64,000 bases of DNA from Spirochaetia bacterium (GTDB lineage: Bacteria > Spirochaetota > Spirochaetia > UBA9216): assembly GCA_963677925.2 (NCBI GenBank), contig CAXXYH010000003.1, positions 448,001-512,000 of the forward strand. Direction: 5' to 3'. The notes under the pieces are model-generated. The model ran no database searches. It saw nothing but the letters and a program-made list of their open reading frames with translations, and was not told where the DNA came from. Positions 10,313-20,377 of this stretch are shown here, one piece after another. A program made the position numbers and the translations under genes. Each line of letters starts with the position of its first letter. The stretch's first letter is position 1.

Positions 10313-10962
10313 TTCATCATTTTAAGAACACTTGCAACCCTGCGGCCAAGCATTTTTGCGCTTTTCATTCCAAGTTCATCATCAAGTACAGCATCCCTTG
10401 ACTTGCCCCGCTGCGGATATGTAGTTCCTGCAGCACCAAGATAGCAGCCGGGTGTGGGTTCCGGGCCTGTTCCTACAACAATCATATTCTGTATGAAATA
10501 GTAGTAATGGATAGCCTGAATAGTAAATTCCTCACCGCCGTTTCTATTTCCGCCGACAGCAATTGCACCCCCGATTTTATTGCTTAATGCATTCTGATAT
10601 GAACTTTTGCCATATCTAAGCAGGCCTTCGGTTCTATCCATAAATGCTTTTACCTGTGCAGTCATTGAACCGAAGTAAACCGGACTTCCTATGATCAGTG
10701 CGTCACATTCTTTAAGTTTTGGATAGATTTCTTCCATTCCGTCTGTAATGGGAAGACAGGGCTTATCTTTCTCAGCGGCTTTTTCATTACAGCAGGCAAA
10801 ACATGAAATACATGGCTTAATTTCATAATCACGCAGGTAAATTGTTTCAGTCCTGACTCCGTCTTCAAGAGCAGCTTCATCAAGAGCAGTTTTAAGCATA
10901 ATATCCAGATTAGCCCCCTTCCTGGGGCTTCCTGAAATTCCTAATATAAGTTTCTCACTCAT
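10309..10962 (-). CDS. Iron-sulfur flavoprotein / NADPH-dependent FMN reductase family
   Basis: GISGSPRKG, C-x2-C-x2-C..C cluster motif, GSPVYFG, FMDR, GGNRNGG. Confidence 0.88.
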   Translation of the reverse strand: MSEKLILGISGSPRKGANLDIMLKTALDEAALEDGVRTETIYLRDYEIKPCISCFACCNEKAAEKDKPCLPITDGMEEIYPKLKECDALIIGSPVYFGSMTAQVKAFMDRTEGLLRYGKSSYQNALSNKIGGAIAVGGNRNGGEEFTIQAIHYYYFIQNMIVVGTGPEPTPGCYLGAAGTTYPQRGKSRDAVLDDELGMKSAKMLGRRVASVLKMMK

Positions 10963-10972
10963 TAAATAATCC

Positions 10973-12253
10973 TTATTTTAAAAGTGCTACAACGCCGGAG
11001 CTAAGCCCGGGTACAAAAGTAATAACAAGCAGTGTAATTAAAAGTCCAATAATAAAAGGCAGAGCCTTCGAAACTATTTTGTCCATTGGTATTCCTGTCA
11101 TTCCCGATGCTACAAAAAGATTCAGTGCAACAGGAGGTGTAACAAAACCAACTTCAAGGTTAACAGTCATCATTATTCCAAGATGTATAGGATCTATTCC
11201 CAGAGGCTGCAGAACCGCAAGCAGAATAGGAGCGAATACAATTATTGCAGACATGGTATCAAGAACCATTCCTGCAAGAAGCAGAAAGACGTTAATTATC
11301 AATAGAATAACAATCAGATTGTCCGTTACCGAAAGCAGCAGATCACTTATCATTCCAGGTATCCCGAGCATGGCAAGCACTCCGCCCAAAGCCGCAGCCG
11401 GAGCAAAAGTCAGCATAATACCGCCGATGAATGAAGCGTTTTCGTTAAAGATTTTAAGCAGATCCTTCCACTTAAGTTCCTTATGAACAAACATTCCTAT
11501 GATAATTCCATATACAATCGCAACTACCGCTGCTTCTGTCGGAGTAAAGATTCCGCCGTAGATTCCTCCAAGAATAATCACAGGCATAATCAAAGCCCAC
11601 TTGGCCTCCCATAACGCGGCAAGAATTTCTTTAACTGATGACTTCTCACCGCTGCCCTTATATCCCTTTTTCCAGGAAACTATTTTAGCGATGACAATTA
11701 AAACACCAGCTTCTACAATTGCGGGAACGACGCCTGCAAGAAAAAGATCTCCAATTGATGTGTTTGTTGCACAGCCGTAAACAACCAGCGGTATGCTTGG
11801 CGGGACGATTACCCCGAGACTTCCCGATACAGCGACAAGACCAGTTGACCAGGTCCGATCGTATCCGGCTTTCTGCATATGCGGAATCATTATTGTTCCG
11901 ATTGCAGCCACAGTCGCAGGGGCTGAACCTGATATTGCTCCAAAAAACAGGCAGGCAAGAATTACGACCGTCCCAAGTCCGCCGGTTGTTCCGCCGCTGA
12001 ATTTATTTGCAGCGTTTATCAGCCGCCTCGAGAGTCCGCCCTTCTCCATAATAGCGCCTGCAAGAATAAAGCAGGGAACTGCAAGCAGAGGAAGCGAATC
12101 AAGGCCTGAATACATTGACTGGGCAATGAATTTTAAGCTTGTCACATCAAAAAGAAATGCAACCGATATCATTCCTATAGCGAAACAGATTCCTATCGGA
12201 ACTCCTATTACAAGAAAAAGAACTGCCAGGCCGGCTAGTACCATAGTTTCCAT
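10973..12253 (-). CDS. dctM: TRAP transporter large permease (DctM)
   Basis: LLAVP-x-FILAG, ISGSAPA, VIVPPSIP, GIFTPTEAA, TPPV. Confidence 0.95.
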   Translation of the reverse strand: METMVLAGLAVLFLVIGVPIGICFAIGMISVAFLFDVTSLKFIAQSMYSGLDSLPLLAVPCFILAGAIMEKGGLSRRLINAANKFSGGTTGGLGTVVILACLFFGAISGSAPATVAAIGTIMIPHMQKAGYDRTWSTGLVAVSGSLGVIVPPSIPLVVYGCATNTSIGDLFLAGVVPAIVEAGVLIVIAKIVSWKKGYKGSGEKSSVKEILAALWEAKWALIMPVIILGGIYGGIFTPTEAAVVAIVYGIIIGMFVHKELKWKDLLKIFNENASFIGGIMLTFAPAAALGGVLAMLGIPGMISDLLLSVTDNLIVILLIINVFLLLAGMVLDTMSAIIVFAPILLAVLQPLGIDPIHLGIMMTVNLEVGFVTPPVALNLFVASGMTGIPMDKIVSKALPFIIGLLITLLVITFVPGLSSGVVALLK

Positions 12254-12745
12254 TTAACTCTCCTGCAGTCCACTTTTAGATTCACGGATAATCTTCACTG
12301 TATCCTCAATCAGACGGATAGTGATTGCAGCAAACGAAATAGGTAGAACCGAATAAATCGCCCACTTCGGAATTTCTGTGATTGCAGTAGTCATTCCGAA
12401 TCTTTTAAGATTAGCCACAACGCCTATCAGTCCGTAAATAATAAAAACATTTGTTATCATAAAAACTATATTGGCAATTACAGCCAAAACAGTCTGTGCT
12501 TTCGGTTTTAATAAATTTGTAACTACTTCTATCTTTAAATGCTGTCTTCTTCTGGTTGCGCCTATGGCGCCCAGGTAAACTGACAATATAAAAAGTACGA
12601 TTGCAATTTCCTCAGTAAAGGAAATTGAGTTTCTGAATACATATCGTGAAACAACCTGAAGGAACAGCAGAACTACCATTACAGCAGAAAAAGATGCGGC
12701 TACTATATATTCAATATTCCCTAAAAACCATTTTAATCTTTTCAC
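12254..12745 (-). CDS. dctQ: TRAP transporter small permease (DctQ)
   Basis: 4 TM; QVVSRY..TEE..LGA..HL motif; lies between dctP and dctM. Confidence 0.92.
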   Translation of the reverse strand: MKRLKWFLGNIEYIVAASFSAVMVVLLFLQVVSRYVFRNSISFTEEIAIVLFILSVYLGAIGATRRRQHLKIEVVTNLLKPKAQTVLAVIANIVFMITNVFIIYGLIGVVANLKRFGMTTAITEIPKWAIYSVLPISFAAITIRLIEDTVKIIRESKSGLQES

Positions 12746-12777
12746 AAGATTCTCCTGTTCTTAATTCCCAAATATTT

Positions 12778-12800
12778 GCCGGCAGGAATATCCTGCCGGC
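12778..12800 (-). terminator. Perfect 10-bp GC-rich hairpin between dctP and dctQ (likely stabilises the SBP message or attenuates)
   Basis: GCCGGCAGGA-ata-TCCTGCCGGC. Confidence 0.65.
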
Positions 12801-12809
12801 TTCAAAAAT

Positions 12810-13910
12810 CTATTTAAGTCCGGCAGCGGTAATAATGCTGTCGAAATATTCAACGCCGATTGACTCTTCCATTTCGGGCCATGCAGTCATTGCCTTTTCC
12901 TGGAACACTTTCAGTTCAGCTTCTGAAAGTTCATACACTTCAAGGATTCCCTTAAGCTTAAGAAGATATTCAGCTTCTGCGTTTTTTACTTCGTTAAGAG
13001 TAAAAGCTGCCGCCTCTGCTGAAGCCTTGTCAAAGGCTGCCTTAACATCAGCAGGAAGCCCCTGGTAGAAATCTTCGTTTACAGCCATAGTTCCCACTGC
13101 TGAAAGGTGGTTTGTGATAGTCAGGTACTTCTGAACTTCTGCAAACTTGTAGTCGTAGATAGTTGAAAGCGGGTTTTCCTGACCGTCAACAACCTTCTGC
13201 TGAAGAGAGGTGAAGAGCTCACCGAAAGAAATCGGAGTCGGTGAACATCCGAGAGCCTTCATACCGGCAATGTGAAGCGGGTTGTTCTGAACCCGGATCT
13301 TAAGACCCTTCATATCATCCGGAGTCTTAACTGCATTCTTACTGTTTGTAAGCTGTCTCATACCAATAGGAGCATAGTAAAGAGGTCTGAGGTTCGTATC
13401 TTCAAGGCATTTCTCAGTCATTATGTCACCTACTTCACCGCCAAGAAGTTCCATTGCGTTATCCATGGAAGTGAAAAGGTAAGGAACGTCAAAGGGCTGG
13501 AAAGCATTTGTAAGCTCGGCAAAACTTCCAAGGGGCCAGTCGGTCATTTCAAAAGATTCATTCTGAAGACCGCCAAGTATTGCATCGGTACTTGTACCAA
13601 GAGTTCCGCCGAGATAGTACTGAATCTCAACCTTATCACCGAGTTCTGTTTTTAGAACCTCAAAGAATTTCTTGAAACCTCTCATATAGGGGTGATCATC
13701 AAGGTTCCGGCTTGTTGAAGCGTATCTGAGGACAATTTTGTCCGGATTATCTGATTCTGCAGTAATGAAGTCGGTTACTGACATAGTTTCACCGGCTGCT
13801 TTTGCCTCGCTGCCTTCAGCAGATGCTGTTTCAACTTTTGCCTTCACACAACCGCTGAAAATCAATGCCGCTGCAACTATTGCTGCAAATAAAATATTTT
13901 TTTTCTTCAT
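12810..13910 (-). CDS. dctP: TRAP substrate-binding lipoprotein (DctP family)
   Basis: Lipobox IFSGC; GLKIRV with the conserved carboxylate-binding Arg; LQQKVVDGQENP. Confidence 0.93.
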   Translation of the reverse strand: MKKKNILFAAIVAAALIFSGCVKAKVETASAEGSEAKAAGETMSVTDFITAESDNPDKIVLRYASTSRNLDDHPYMRGFKKFFEVLKTELGDKVEIQYYLGGTLGTSTDAILGGLQNESFEMTDWPLGSFAELTNAFQPFDVPYLFTSMDNAMELLGGEVGDIMTEKCLEDTNLRPLYYAPIGMRQLTNSKNAVKTPDDMKGLKIRVQNNPLHIAGMKALGCSPTPISFGELFTSLQQKVVDGQENPLSTIYDYKFAEVQKYLTITNHLSAVGTMAVNEDFYQGLPADVKAAFDKASAEAAAFTLNEVKNAEAEYLLKLKGILEVYELSEAELKVFQEKAMTAWPEMEESIGVEYFDSIITAAGLK

Positions 13911-14015
13911 CTTGTATTCCTCCAAGTTAAATTATTAAAAAAGTAAATACTTCTGTTTCCTAATTTATAAGTTCCGCTCTTCTCCTCCTAAATTTAGGTT
14001 AGTTATATAATCTGC

Positions 14016-15944
14016 TCATGCATGAAGCTTTTCTGCCAGCCAGCCAAGATTTAAATCATACAGCTTGCCCCTGGACGGAATGCCTTTATCATCCCACCCT
14101 CTCATCTCAAAAAGATCTTTTATGCCGTCGGCCAGATTCTTTTTATCTACCGCATAATAATTGGAATGTTCATTTGCAAGATCTTCATGGCTCCTCTGTG
14201 AAAGAGCATCTTCACTTGCTGCAGAACCGTGCAGTATATTAAAGGCACGTCCCATATTTTCAGCTCGTTCTCCGGCTTTCATAATTTCGTAAAGGCTTGT
14301 ATATTCCCAGCCTGTTGAAGCACGTAAAAGTTCAACAACCGTATTAAGGCTTATTACTCCTCGTGGAGCAAATACAAGTATGCACATACCCGCACAATTC
14401 TGAAAGCTGGTCCATTCTGAAACAGTTTTAACATTACGGGCCTTTTTCCAGGAAACTTCTGCAGGACTTATGGGTTCGTAAATCCCGATACCGCTTAGTT
14501 TATCCAGAACTATTCCAGGATTTGATATCATTGTGTCATGAACTGTGTACATGTGGTCGGTAGCATTGGCTGCAGTAGAGTATGCAAATGCAAGACCGGT
14601 TTTTGTCCGTGCATCGTGAAGAGCGTATTCCTGCTTTCTGCTCGTATTAAGATAGGCTTTGCTGCCTTTCCCAATCTTCTCAGCAGCTCTGAATGAACCT
14701 TCAGCAAGCAGAGATGAAAAGTTATCGGCCCGCATGGCTATTCTTTCAAGGAGAGTTAATACTGCGTACGAGTTTCCGAATTCAAGTCTAAGTCCATTGG
14801 TAAATTCTGTATCAATCAATCCGTTTTCAAAACATTCCATTGCAAAAGCAATAGTTCCGCTGACAGAAATAGTGTCCATGCCGAAACGGTTGCAAAGCTC
14901 ATTGGCTTTTGAGATAAGTTTTAGATCGGCCATCATGCAGTTTGCACCGAATCCTGCAATTGTTTCATATTCAGGACCGCCGAAAGCCGGATCAATCGAA
15001 AGTGAATCGTCGCTGACATCTACAACACGCTTACATCTTACAGGACAGGCAAAACAGCCTTCCCGCTTGCTCATGATAGTCTCTGCAAGTTTCTGCCCGG
15101 TAATTTCTTCTGCGTGTGCATTCTCACCGTATCTAAAATTCCTTGACGGAAACATACCTGCAGCATTAAGTGTGGAGATGCCGCCCGATGTGCCGAAGTC
15201 AAACAGTCCACGGCTTAAGGGTTCATTCTTGTAAACAGCCAGATATTCTTTTCTTAAATCAGATATCTTTTCAGGATTTGCGGTTTTTATCTCTCCGCTG
15301 CCCTTTACTGCAATTGCCCTGAGATTCTTTGAACCCATAACCGCGCCCATTCCATTGCGTCCGTTATAATGTTTTAGATTATTGGTTATACAGGCGTACT
15401 TAACCAGATTTTCACCTGCAGGGCCAATCTGAAGAACAGAGGCTTTCTGTTCACCAAGCTCATCTCTTATCAGCTGCTGAACCGTACCGGTTTCTTTGCC
15501 CCAGAGATCAGCTGCATCATTAATCTCAATATCAGAGTCGGCAATGCTGAGGTAAACCGGTTTTTCCGCTTTTCCTTCTATAATAACCGCATCCCATCCG
15601 GCCTTTTTAAGTTCTGGGCCCCAGAAACCGCCCGCTTCCGACTGGCCGAAACCGCCGGTAAGGGGTGATTTTGCTCCTACGGTATACCTGGGTGTTCCTG
15701 CAATTGGTATACCTGTTAAAACACCAGTAGCAAAAATCAATTTATTTTCAGCACCTAATGCATCTGCATCAGGAGATACTTCATTTAAAAGATAATGAGC
15801 AATAATACCCTTCCCGCCCATATACATTCTGTAAAAGGTCTGATCAGGAGTTTCTATTGTTATCTCTGAAGTACTCAGATTAACTCTGAGTATCTTTCCC
15901 GTATATCCGTAAATTTTATTCTCTTCCATCATAAAAAAAATCAT
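14016..15944 (-). CDS. aor: Aldehyde:ferredoxin oxidoreductase (tungsto/molybdopterin AOR family)
   Basis: GYTGKILRVNLS, AKSPLTGG, GMGAVMGSKNLRA, C-x2-C-x3-C, GPEYET, GMDTIS. Confidence 0.93.
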   Translation of the reverse strand: MIFFMMEENKIYGYTGKILRVNLSTSEITIETPDQTFYRMYMGGKGIIAHYLLNEVSPDADALGAENKLIFATGVLTGIPIAGTPRYTVGAKSPLTGGFGQSEAGGFWGPELKKAGWDAVIIEGKAEKPVYLSIADSDIEINDAADLWGKETGTVQQLIRDELGEQKASVLQIGPAGENLVKYACITNNLKHYNGRNGMGAVMGSKNLRAIAVKGSGEIKTANPEKISDLRKEYLAVYKNEPLSRGLFDFGTSGGISTLNAAGMFPSRNFRYGENAHAEEITGQKLAETIMSKREGCFACPVRCKRVVDVSDDSLSIDPAFGGPEYETIAGFGANCMMADLKLISKANELCNRFGMDTISVSGTIAFAMECFENGLIDTEFTNGLRLEFGNSYAVLTLLERIAMRADNFSSLLAEGSFRAAEKIGKGSKAYLNTSRKQEYALHDARTKTGLAFAYSTAANATDHMYTVHDTMISNPGIVLDKLSGIGIYEPISPAEVSWKKARNVKTVSEWTSFQNCAGMCILVFAPRGVISLNTVVELLRASTGWEYTSLYEIMKAGERAENMGRAFNILHGSAASEDALSQRSHEDLANEHSNYYAVDKKNLADGIKDLFEMRGWDDKGIPSRGKLYDLNLGWLAEKLHA

Positions 15945-16186
15945 CCACCGCCAAAAATCGGAAAAACTTCCACGAAGTCTCCATCAGTTAAATTAACTGT
16001 ATCGTTAATATTTCTGTTTAAACCGTTAACTCTGATTAAAGCGGTATAATCTTTTTTTACGCCGCATTTCATAAGCAGGTCCTGAACAGAAAAAACATCA
16101 TCTGTTTCAAGTTCCAGAATTCCCTCCCTGTTTCCGGAAAGGAATATAAAAAATGAATAAAGCTTAACCCTTATCTTCACTGACAT
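15941..16186 (-). CDS. MoaD/ThiS family sulfur carrier
   Basis: 81 aa ubiquitin-like protein, VNG, C-terminal FPIFGGG; adjacent to AOR. Confidence 0.88.
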   Translation of the reverse strand: MSVKIRVKLYSFFIFLSGNREGILELETDDVFSVQDLLMKCGVKKDYTALIRVNGLNRNINDTVNLTDGDFVEVFPIFGGG

Positions 16187-17429
16187 CCTTCAGCAATGGT
16201 ATTGTAGCTCCAGCATCGGGCATCACAAGAACCGAGGCTCTCTCACCCATTTTACCGACAGCAGCATCGAGTGCCGCCTGCAGTGACTTAAAAGGGATAA
16301 AGTTAATAGACTTTACAGTTTCATCACCCAGATCACTGACCATAAATATTTCCGCCTTCTGCAGTATCATGGCAATGGCCGCAGCCTTGTGGCCGCCTAG
16401 TACAAAATTGGATTCAATTTCAGCCAGCATTTCAGAAGGTGTTTTATCCTTCATCCATGATTCAAAGGTTTTCTCGCCAAAACCCTCAGCAGCTGATGCG
16501 GCAAGAATAATTATTCCGCCGTCTTTTACAGCATATTTGGCATTATCAAGGCCCTTTTGAGCCTGATAAAGATTTATATCTTTCGGATATCCGCCCGGAG
16601 ACGCAATTACAATATCAGCCTTTGAAGCAAACTCAACACCGTTCATCCGGTCAAGATACCTGCAGCCGTTTCTGTGAGCCTCAAGATAATGACCTGCAAC
16701 TGCTTTAACAATCTCTTTCTTATTATCAAGAATCACGTTTAAAATAAAATCAATTTTGATAAACTCACCAACCTGGTCTATATCCTGTCTTACAGGATTA
16801 TCATCAAGCCGGCCCGCTGCAGCATTCTTATTTGTCATATTAGAATGGTTGGCCTGAATAGCCGCATGACTGGAGACTCCGGGCATCAGAGCTTTTGCTC
16901 CGCCGGAATATCCTGCAAAATAATGGAACTCAATATTACCCACACAGATAAGCCTGTCCGCTTCCGCTACCGGTCTGAATATATCTACAGGTGTTCCGTT
17001 CCTGCACGCTCCGAGATTAATACAGAGGTCCATTTCTGAATCAAGCAGGTTTATTCCGCTTGAATAAACATCATCACCGGTCAGGTATTTCTTTTCATCT
17101 TCAGTATGTCTGCGGTGACTTCCCAGTGCAAAAACAATGGTAATATCACTGTCACTGACTCCTGCACTGTGAAGACGTTTAACAAGTTCGGGTATAACAA
17201 GTCTTCCCGGAAAGGGCCTTGTTATATCACTTGTAACAATCACAACAGACTCACCAGGTTTAACTATATCCTCAAGTCTTTCAGATCCTGCCGGATTATC
17301 AAGGGCATAATTAATTTCATCAGCTCCGCTTCTATCATGCACTATTTCATTGGGAATCAATGTTCCCGCATAATTTTTTTCAGGTATATCAACAGAGATA
17401 GTTTTTTTGCCGTATTTAAACTCAAACAT
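16164..17429 (-). CDS. larA: Nickel-pincer (NPN)-dependent lactate racemase homolog (LarA family 2-hydroxyacid racemase/epimerase)
   Basis: SDITRP, ALGSHR, HYFAGYSGGAK, ANH, GGYPKDINLYQAQKG; start moved to MFEFKYG after GAGGAGG. Confidence 0.92.
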   Translation of the reverse strand: MFEFKYGKKTISVDIPEKNYAGTLIPNEIVHDRSGADEINYALDNPAGSERLEDIVKPGESVVIVTSDITRPFPGRLVIPELVKRLHSAGVSDSDITIVFALGSHRRHTEDEKKYLTGDDVYSSGINLLDSEMDLCINLGACRNGTPVDIFRPVAEADRLICVGNIEFHYFAGYSGGAKALMPGVSSHAAIQANHSNMTNKNAAAGRLDDNPVRQDIDQVGEFIKIDFILNVILDNKKEIVKAVAGHYLEAHRNGCRYLDRMNGVEFASKADIVIASPGGYPKDINLYQAQKGLDNAKYAVKDGGIIILAASAAEGFGEKTFESWMKDKTPSEMLAEIESNFVLGGHKAAAIAMILQKAEIFMVSDLGDETVKSINFIPFKSLQAALDAAVGKMGERASVLVMPDAGATIPLLKDVSEDKG

Positions 17430-18792
17430 CAGCCCAGACCTCCTCATCGGAAGGCATTACCGCTCCGTCTATCACTGTTGAAATTCGTGTAATATTCATT
17501 AAGTGTGTGTAATTAAAATTATCAGAGATAATATTGTTTCCCCATGTGCCGCATCCGAAGATAGTAGTTGGAACAAGACCATTCAGATAGCTTCCGCCGC
17601 TCATGGTAGCTCCGACCTGATTTACAAGCAGCCGGCTTACATTCAGGTTCTCACCGGCATATCTGACATGTTCATCATTTCCGGAATGTATAACAACAGA
17701 ATGTCCCATACCTTCAGCTTCTATATTCTCAGCCGCGATTGCAACCGCCTCTTCAAATGTTTCGTATCTTTTAAGTCCAATTACCGGAAACAGCTTCTCT
17801 CTGCAGAAAAGTTCCTCTTCTCCGGTGCTGTAGACTTCAATAACTATAAGCCGAACAGTCTCTTCGAGTTCAATTCCTGCATCAGAAGCAAGCTTTGATA
17901 CAGGCTGTCCGACTACCTCGCTTGAAACATTTCCGTCTTCATCGAATATCAGGTTCCTGAGTCTCAAGGCTTCATCAGAATTTCTGACGAAGTACGCGCC
18001 CTGAGACTCAAGTTCTTTTACTGTTTCAGCAAAATCATCATTATGAACGAGAATCATCTGCTCAGCAGAACTGATAATTCCGTTGTCAAAAATCCTTCCG
18101 TTTATTATTTTCTCAACCGATTCGCTTATACTGACGCCCCTGTCTATTATGCACTGCGCATTTCCTGCACCGACACCGAATGCAGGTTTTCCGCAGGAAT
18201 ATGCAGCCTTTACTGTTGTCGATCCTCCGATGGCAACAACAACATCAACTGAACTCATAAGTTCACTGCTTTTCAGCACATTAGGATCTTCTATTGTCTG
18301 TATAAGATTTTCGGGTGCTCCGAGAGTCTTAAGGTTCATATTAATAAGTTCAGCAGCATATGCGGCGCATTTTTTCGCACGCGGATGAGGAGCGATAATT
18401 ATGGAATTACGCGCTTTTACTGCAAACATTGCAATACACATAGGTGTTGTTATGGGATTGGTGCATGGTGTTACCGCTCCCACAACACCCATAGGTTTTG
18501 CTATCTTTATAATTCCGTTTACAGCATCTTCTTCCACAGACCCTACAGATTTTTTACCCTTAAGATTGTGCCAAAGCATGCTTGCAGTCCTGCGGTTCTT
18601 TTCAACTTTATCGCCGTAAACTCCCATGGAGGTTTCATCAACTGCCATGCTTGCCAGAACTTCCGCATTATCAAAAACAGTTTTTGCAATAGCTTTTACG
18701 ATTTCATCTATGTATTTCTGTGAGAATGTTTCTATTTTTTTCTGTGCGGCCGAAGCTTTCTGCACCATATCTGAAATTACATCAAATTCCAT
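17422..18792 (-). CDS. CoA-acylating aldehyde dehydrogenase family (SucD/SauS/EutE-like); catalytic Cys replaced by Ser
   Basis: PCTNP, HPRA, KAAYSCGKPAFGVGAGN, FDNGIISSAEQ, EKLFP, GHS, GCGTWGNN. Confidence 0.88.
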   Translation of the reverse strand: MEFDVISDMVQKASAAQKKIETFSQKYIDEIVKAIAKTVFDNAEVLASMAVDETSMGVYGDKVEKNRRTASMLWHNLKGKKSVGSVEEDAVNGIIKIAKPMGVVGAVTPCTNPITTPMCIAMFAVKARNSIIIAPHPRAKKCAAYAAELINMNLKTLGAPENLIQTIEDPNVLKSSELMSSVDVVVAIGGSTTVKAAYSCGKPAFGVGAGNAQCIIDRGVSISESVEKIINGRIFDNGIISSAEQMILVHNDDFAETVKELESQGAYFVRNSDEALRLRNLIFDEDGNVSSEVVGQPVSKLASDAGIELEETVRLIVIEVYSTGEEELFCREKLFPVIGLKRYETFEEAVAIAAENIEAEGMGHSVVIHSGNDEHVRYAGENLNVSRLLVNQVGATMSGGSYLNGLVPTTIFGCGTWGNNIISDNFNYTHLMNITRISTVIDGAVMPSDEEVWADV

Positions 18793-18811
18793 CTCAAGCT
18801 ATTCCTTCTCG

Positions 18812-20161
18812 CTACTCTGTAACTGCTTTTATTGCTTTCTCAAGGATTTCCAGACCAACTTTAAGCTGCTCATCGGTAACAACAAGCGGCATAAGAGCTC
18901 TTACGATCTGATTATATGAGCCGGCAGCCTTGAGAACCAAGCCGGCCTTCCTGCACTCGGCAAGTATTTTATTTGCAGTTTCAGGATCCGGTTCTTTAGA
19001 AATCCTGTCTTTTACAAATTCAAGTGAAACCATTGCTCCGGTTACTCGGTAAGTTCCGATTGCCTTATACTTTTCAAACCAGTCTTTGAATGCAGCTTCG
19101 CATTTTTCGCCGATTGCCATGGCCTTGGAAGCATAGTCGTCTCTTTTTAGTATTTCGATTACTTTTAAAGAAGATGCACAGGCCACAGGATTTCCGCCGT
19201 ATGTACCGCCGATTTCACCTGCAGTCAAAGATTCCATAATCTCTTCTCTTGCTGTAACAGCGCTTATCGGAAGTCCTCCGCCCATAGCCTTTGCTGTAAT
19301 AAGAATATCAGGATAAACACCTGCCTCTTCCCAGTACTCTGTCGCAAACATTTTTCCTGTTCGGCAGTAACCGGTCTGAACTTCATCTGCTATAAGAAGT
19401 ATTCCGTATTCATCACAAAGCTGTCTGAGACCCTTTATGTACTCGATAGGAGGTACAATAAAACCGCCTTCGCCCTGGATAGGTTCGATAATTACAGCAG
19501 CAACTTTCTGAGGAAGGATGTAGTCAACAAACATATACCGCAGTTTTTCCAGATAATAATCAGCAAGCTGCTCTTCAGCGATACCCGGTTCAGCCCGGTA
19601 AGTATTAGGGAATTCAGCGCGGTGAACACCCGGTGCAAGCGGCATAAAACCGGCCTTGTATACCTGGCCGCTGGTGAGGGTCATAGCCATAAAGGTTCTG
19701 CCGTGGAAACATCCTGAATATGCGATTATATCAGTACGTCCGCTGAACTTTCTTGCAATCTTTATAGCGTTATCAACTGCCTCGGAACCGCTGTTGAAAA
19801 ATGCAGTTCTTTTCTTGAAATTTCCCGGAGTAATGTCATTTATAAGTTCTGCAAGCTCAATATACTCCGAATAGTGCAGTGTATTTATCTGCGGATGAAA
19901 GTATCTTCCAGCCTGCTCCTGTACAGCCTTGACCACCTCTTCATTGCTGTATCCGATATTCAGAGCGCCGATTCCTCCGACCCAGTCCATTATGATATTA
20001 CCGTCAAGGTCGACTATCATAGCCCCCTCGCCTCTGTCAATTACAAAGGGCGCTGCACATCCGATTGATGATGGAATGGCTTTATTTCTTCTTTCAATTA
20101 CTGCCTTTGATTTGGGTCCCGGCAGTTCAGTAACTATTTTTGGTAAAGATTCTCTAAGCAA
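18812..20161 (-). CDS. Class III (omega-amino acid) aminotransferase, GabT/DavT-like
   Basis: NSGSEAV, FHGRT, EPIQGEGG, DEVQTG, AKAMGGG, GGTYGGNP; TTG start with GGAG RBS. Confidence 0.93.
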   Translation of the reverse strand: MLRESLPKIVTELPGPKSKAVIERRNKAIPSSIGCAAPFVIDRGEGAMIVDLDGNIIMDWVGGIGALNIGYSNEEVVKAVQEQAGRYFHPQINTLHYSEYIELAELINDITPGNFKKRTAFFNSGSEAVDNAIKIARKFSGRTDIIAYSGCFHGRTFMAMTLTSGQVYKAGFMPLAPGVHRAEFPNTYRAEPGIAEEQLADYYLEKLRYMFVDYILPQKVAAVIIEPIQGEGGFIVPPIEYIKGLRQLCDEYGILLIADEVQTGYCRTGKMFATEYWEEAGVYPDILITAKAMGGGLPISAVTAREEIMESLTAGEIGGTYGGNPVACASSLKVIEILKRDDYASKAMAIGEKCEAAFKDWFEKYKAIGTYRVTGAMVSLEFVKDRISKEPDPETANKILAECRKAGLVLKAAGSYNQIVRALMPLVVTDEQLKVGLEILEKAIKAVTE

Positions 20162-20194
20162 TTAATTTCTCCAAATTATTATTCTGCAATTTAA

Positions 20195-20212
20195 TTGCAT
20201 TTTTTGTGCCAA
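20195..20212 (-). promoter_or_regulatory. Sigma54 (RpoN) -24/-12 promoter driving the catabolic operon
   Basis: Minus strand reads TTGGCACAAAAAATGCAA: GG-N10-GC spacing, 34 nt upstream of the aminotransferase start, facing away from a bEBP gene. Confidence 0.88.
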
Positions 20213-20321
20213 AAAACCACCATTACAGGTATTTTTATTTGAATTGGCTTAATTTTGCTGATATTTCCTTTGATTTTTGCATTTTTGTAAAATATTTTAA
20301 ATTTTTGAAGGATTGATAAAA

Positions 20322-20377
20322 CTACATTTTTGTAGGAGATAATTTATTTAGTTTAAAAGTATTAAGTTTGTAATACT
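20322..20377. promoter_or_regulatory. Candidate bEBP upstream activator sites
   Basis: Palindromes CTACA-tttt-TGTAG (20322-20335) and AGTATTA-agtttg-TAATACT (20358-20377), about 110-165 bp upstream of the sigma54 box across an AT-rich spacer. Confidence 0.4.

Noticed and set aside
13911-14015. Strong AGGAGG and a CCTAAATTTAGG palindrome between aor and dctP, suggesting a small ORF or riboswitch
   Set aside because: No start codon at a usable spacing and no recognisable RNA motif; at most a remnant.
8291-20161. Canonical ectoine (doe/eut), GABA or reductive pyrimidine degradation operon
   Set aside because: No M24 ectoine hydrolase, no dihydropyrimidinase or PreTA, and extra genes (nucleoside hydrolase, LarA, AOR) that these pathways do not explain; kept only as loose analogies.
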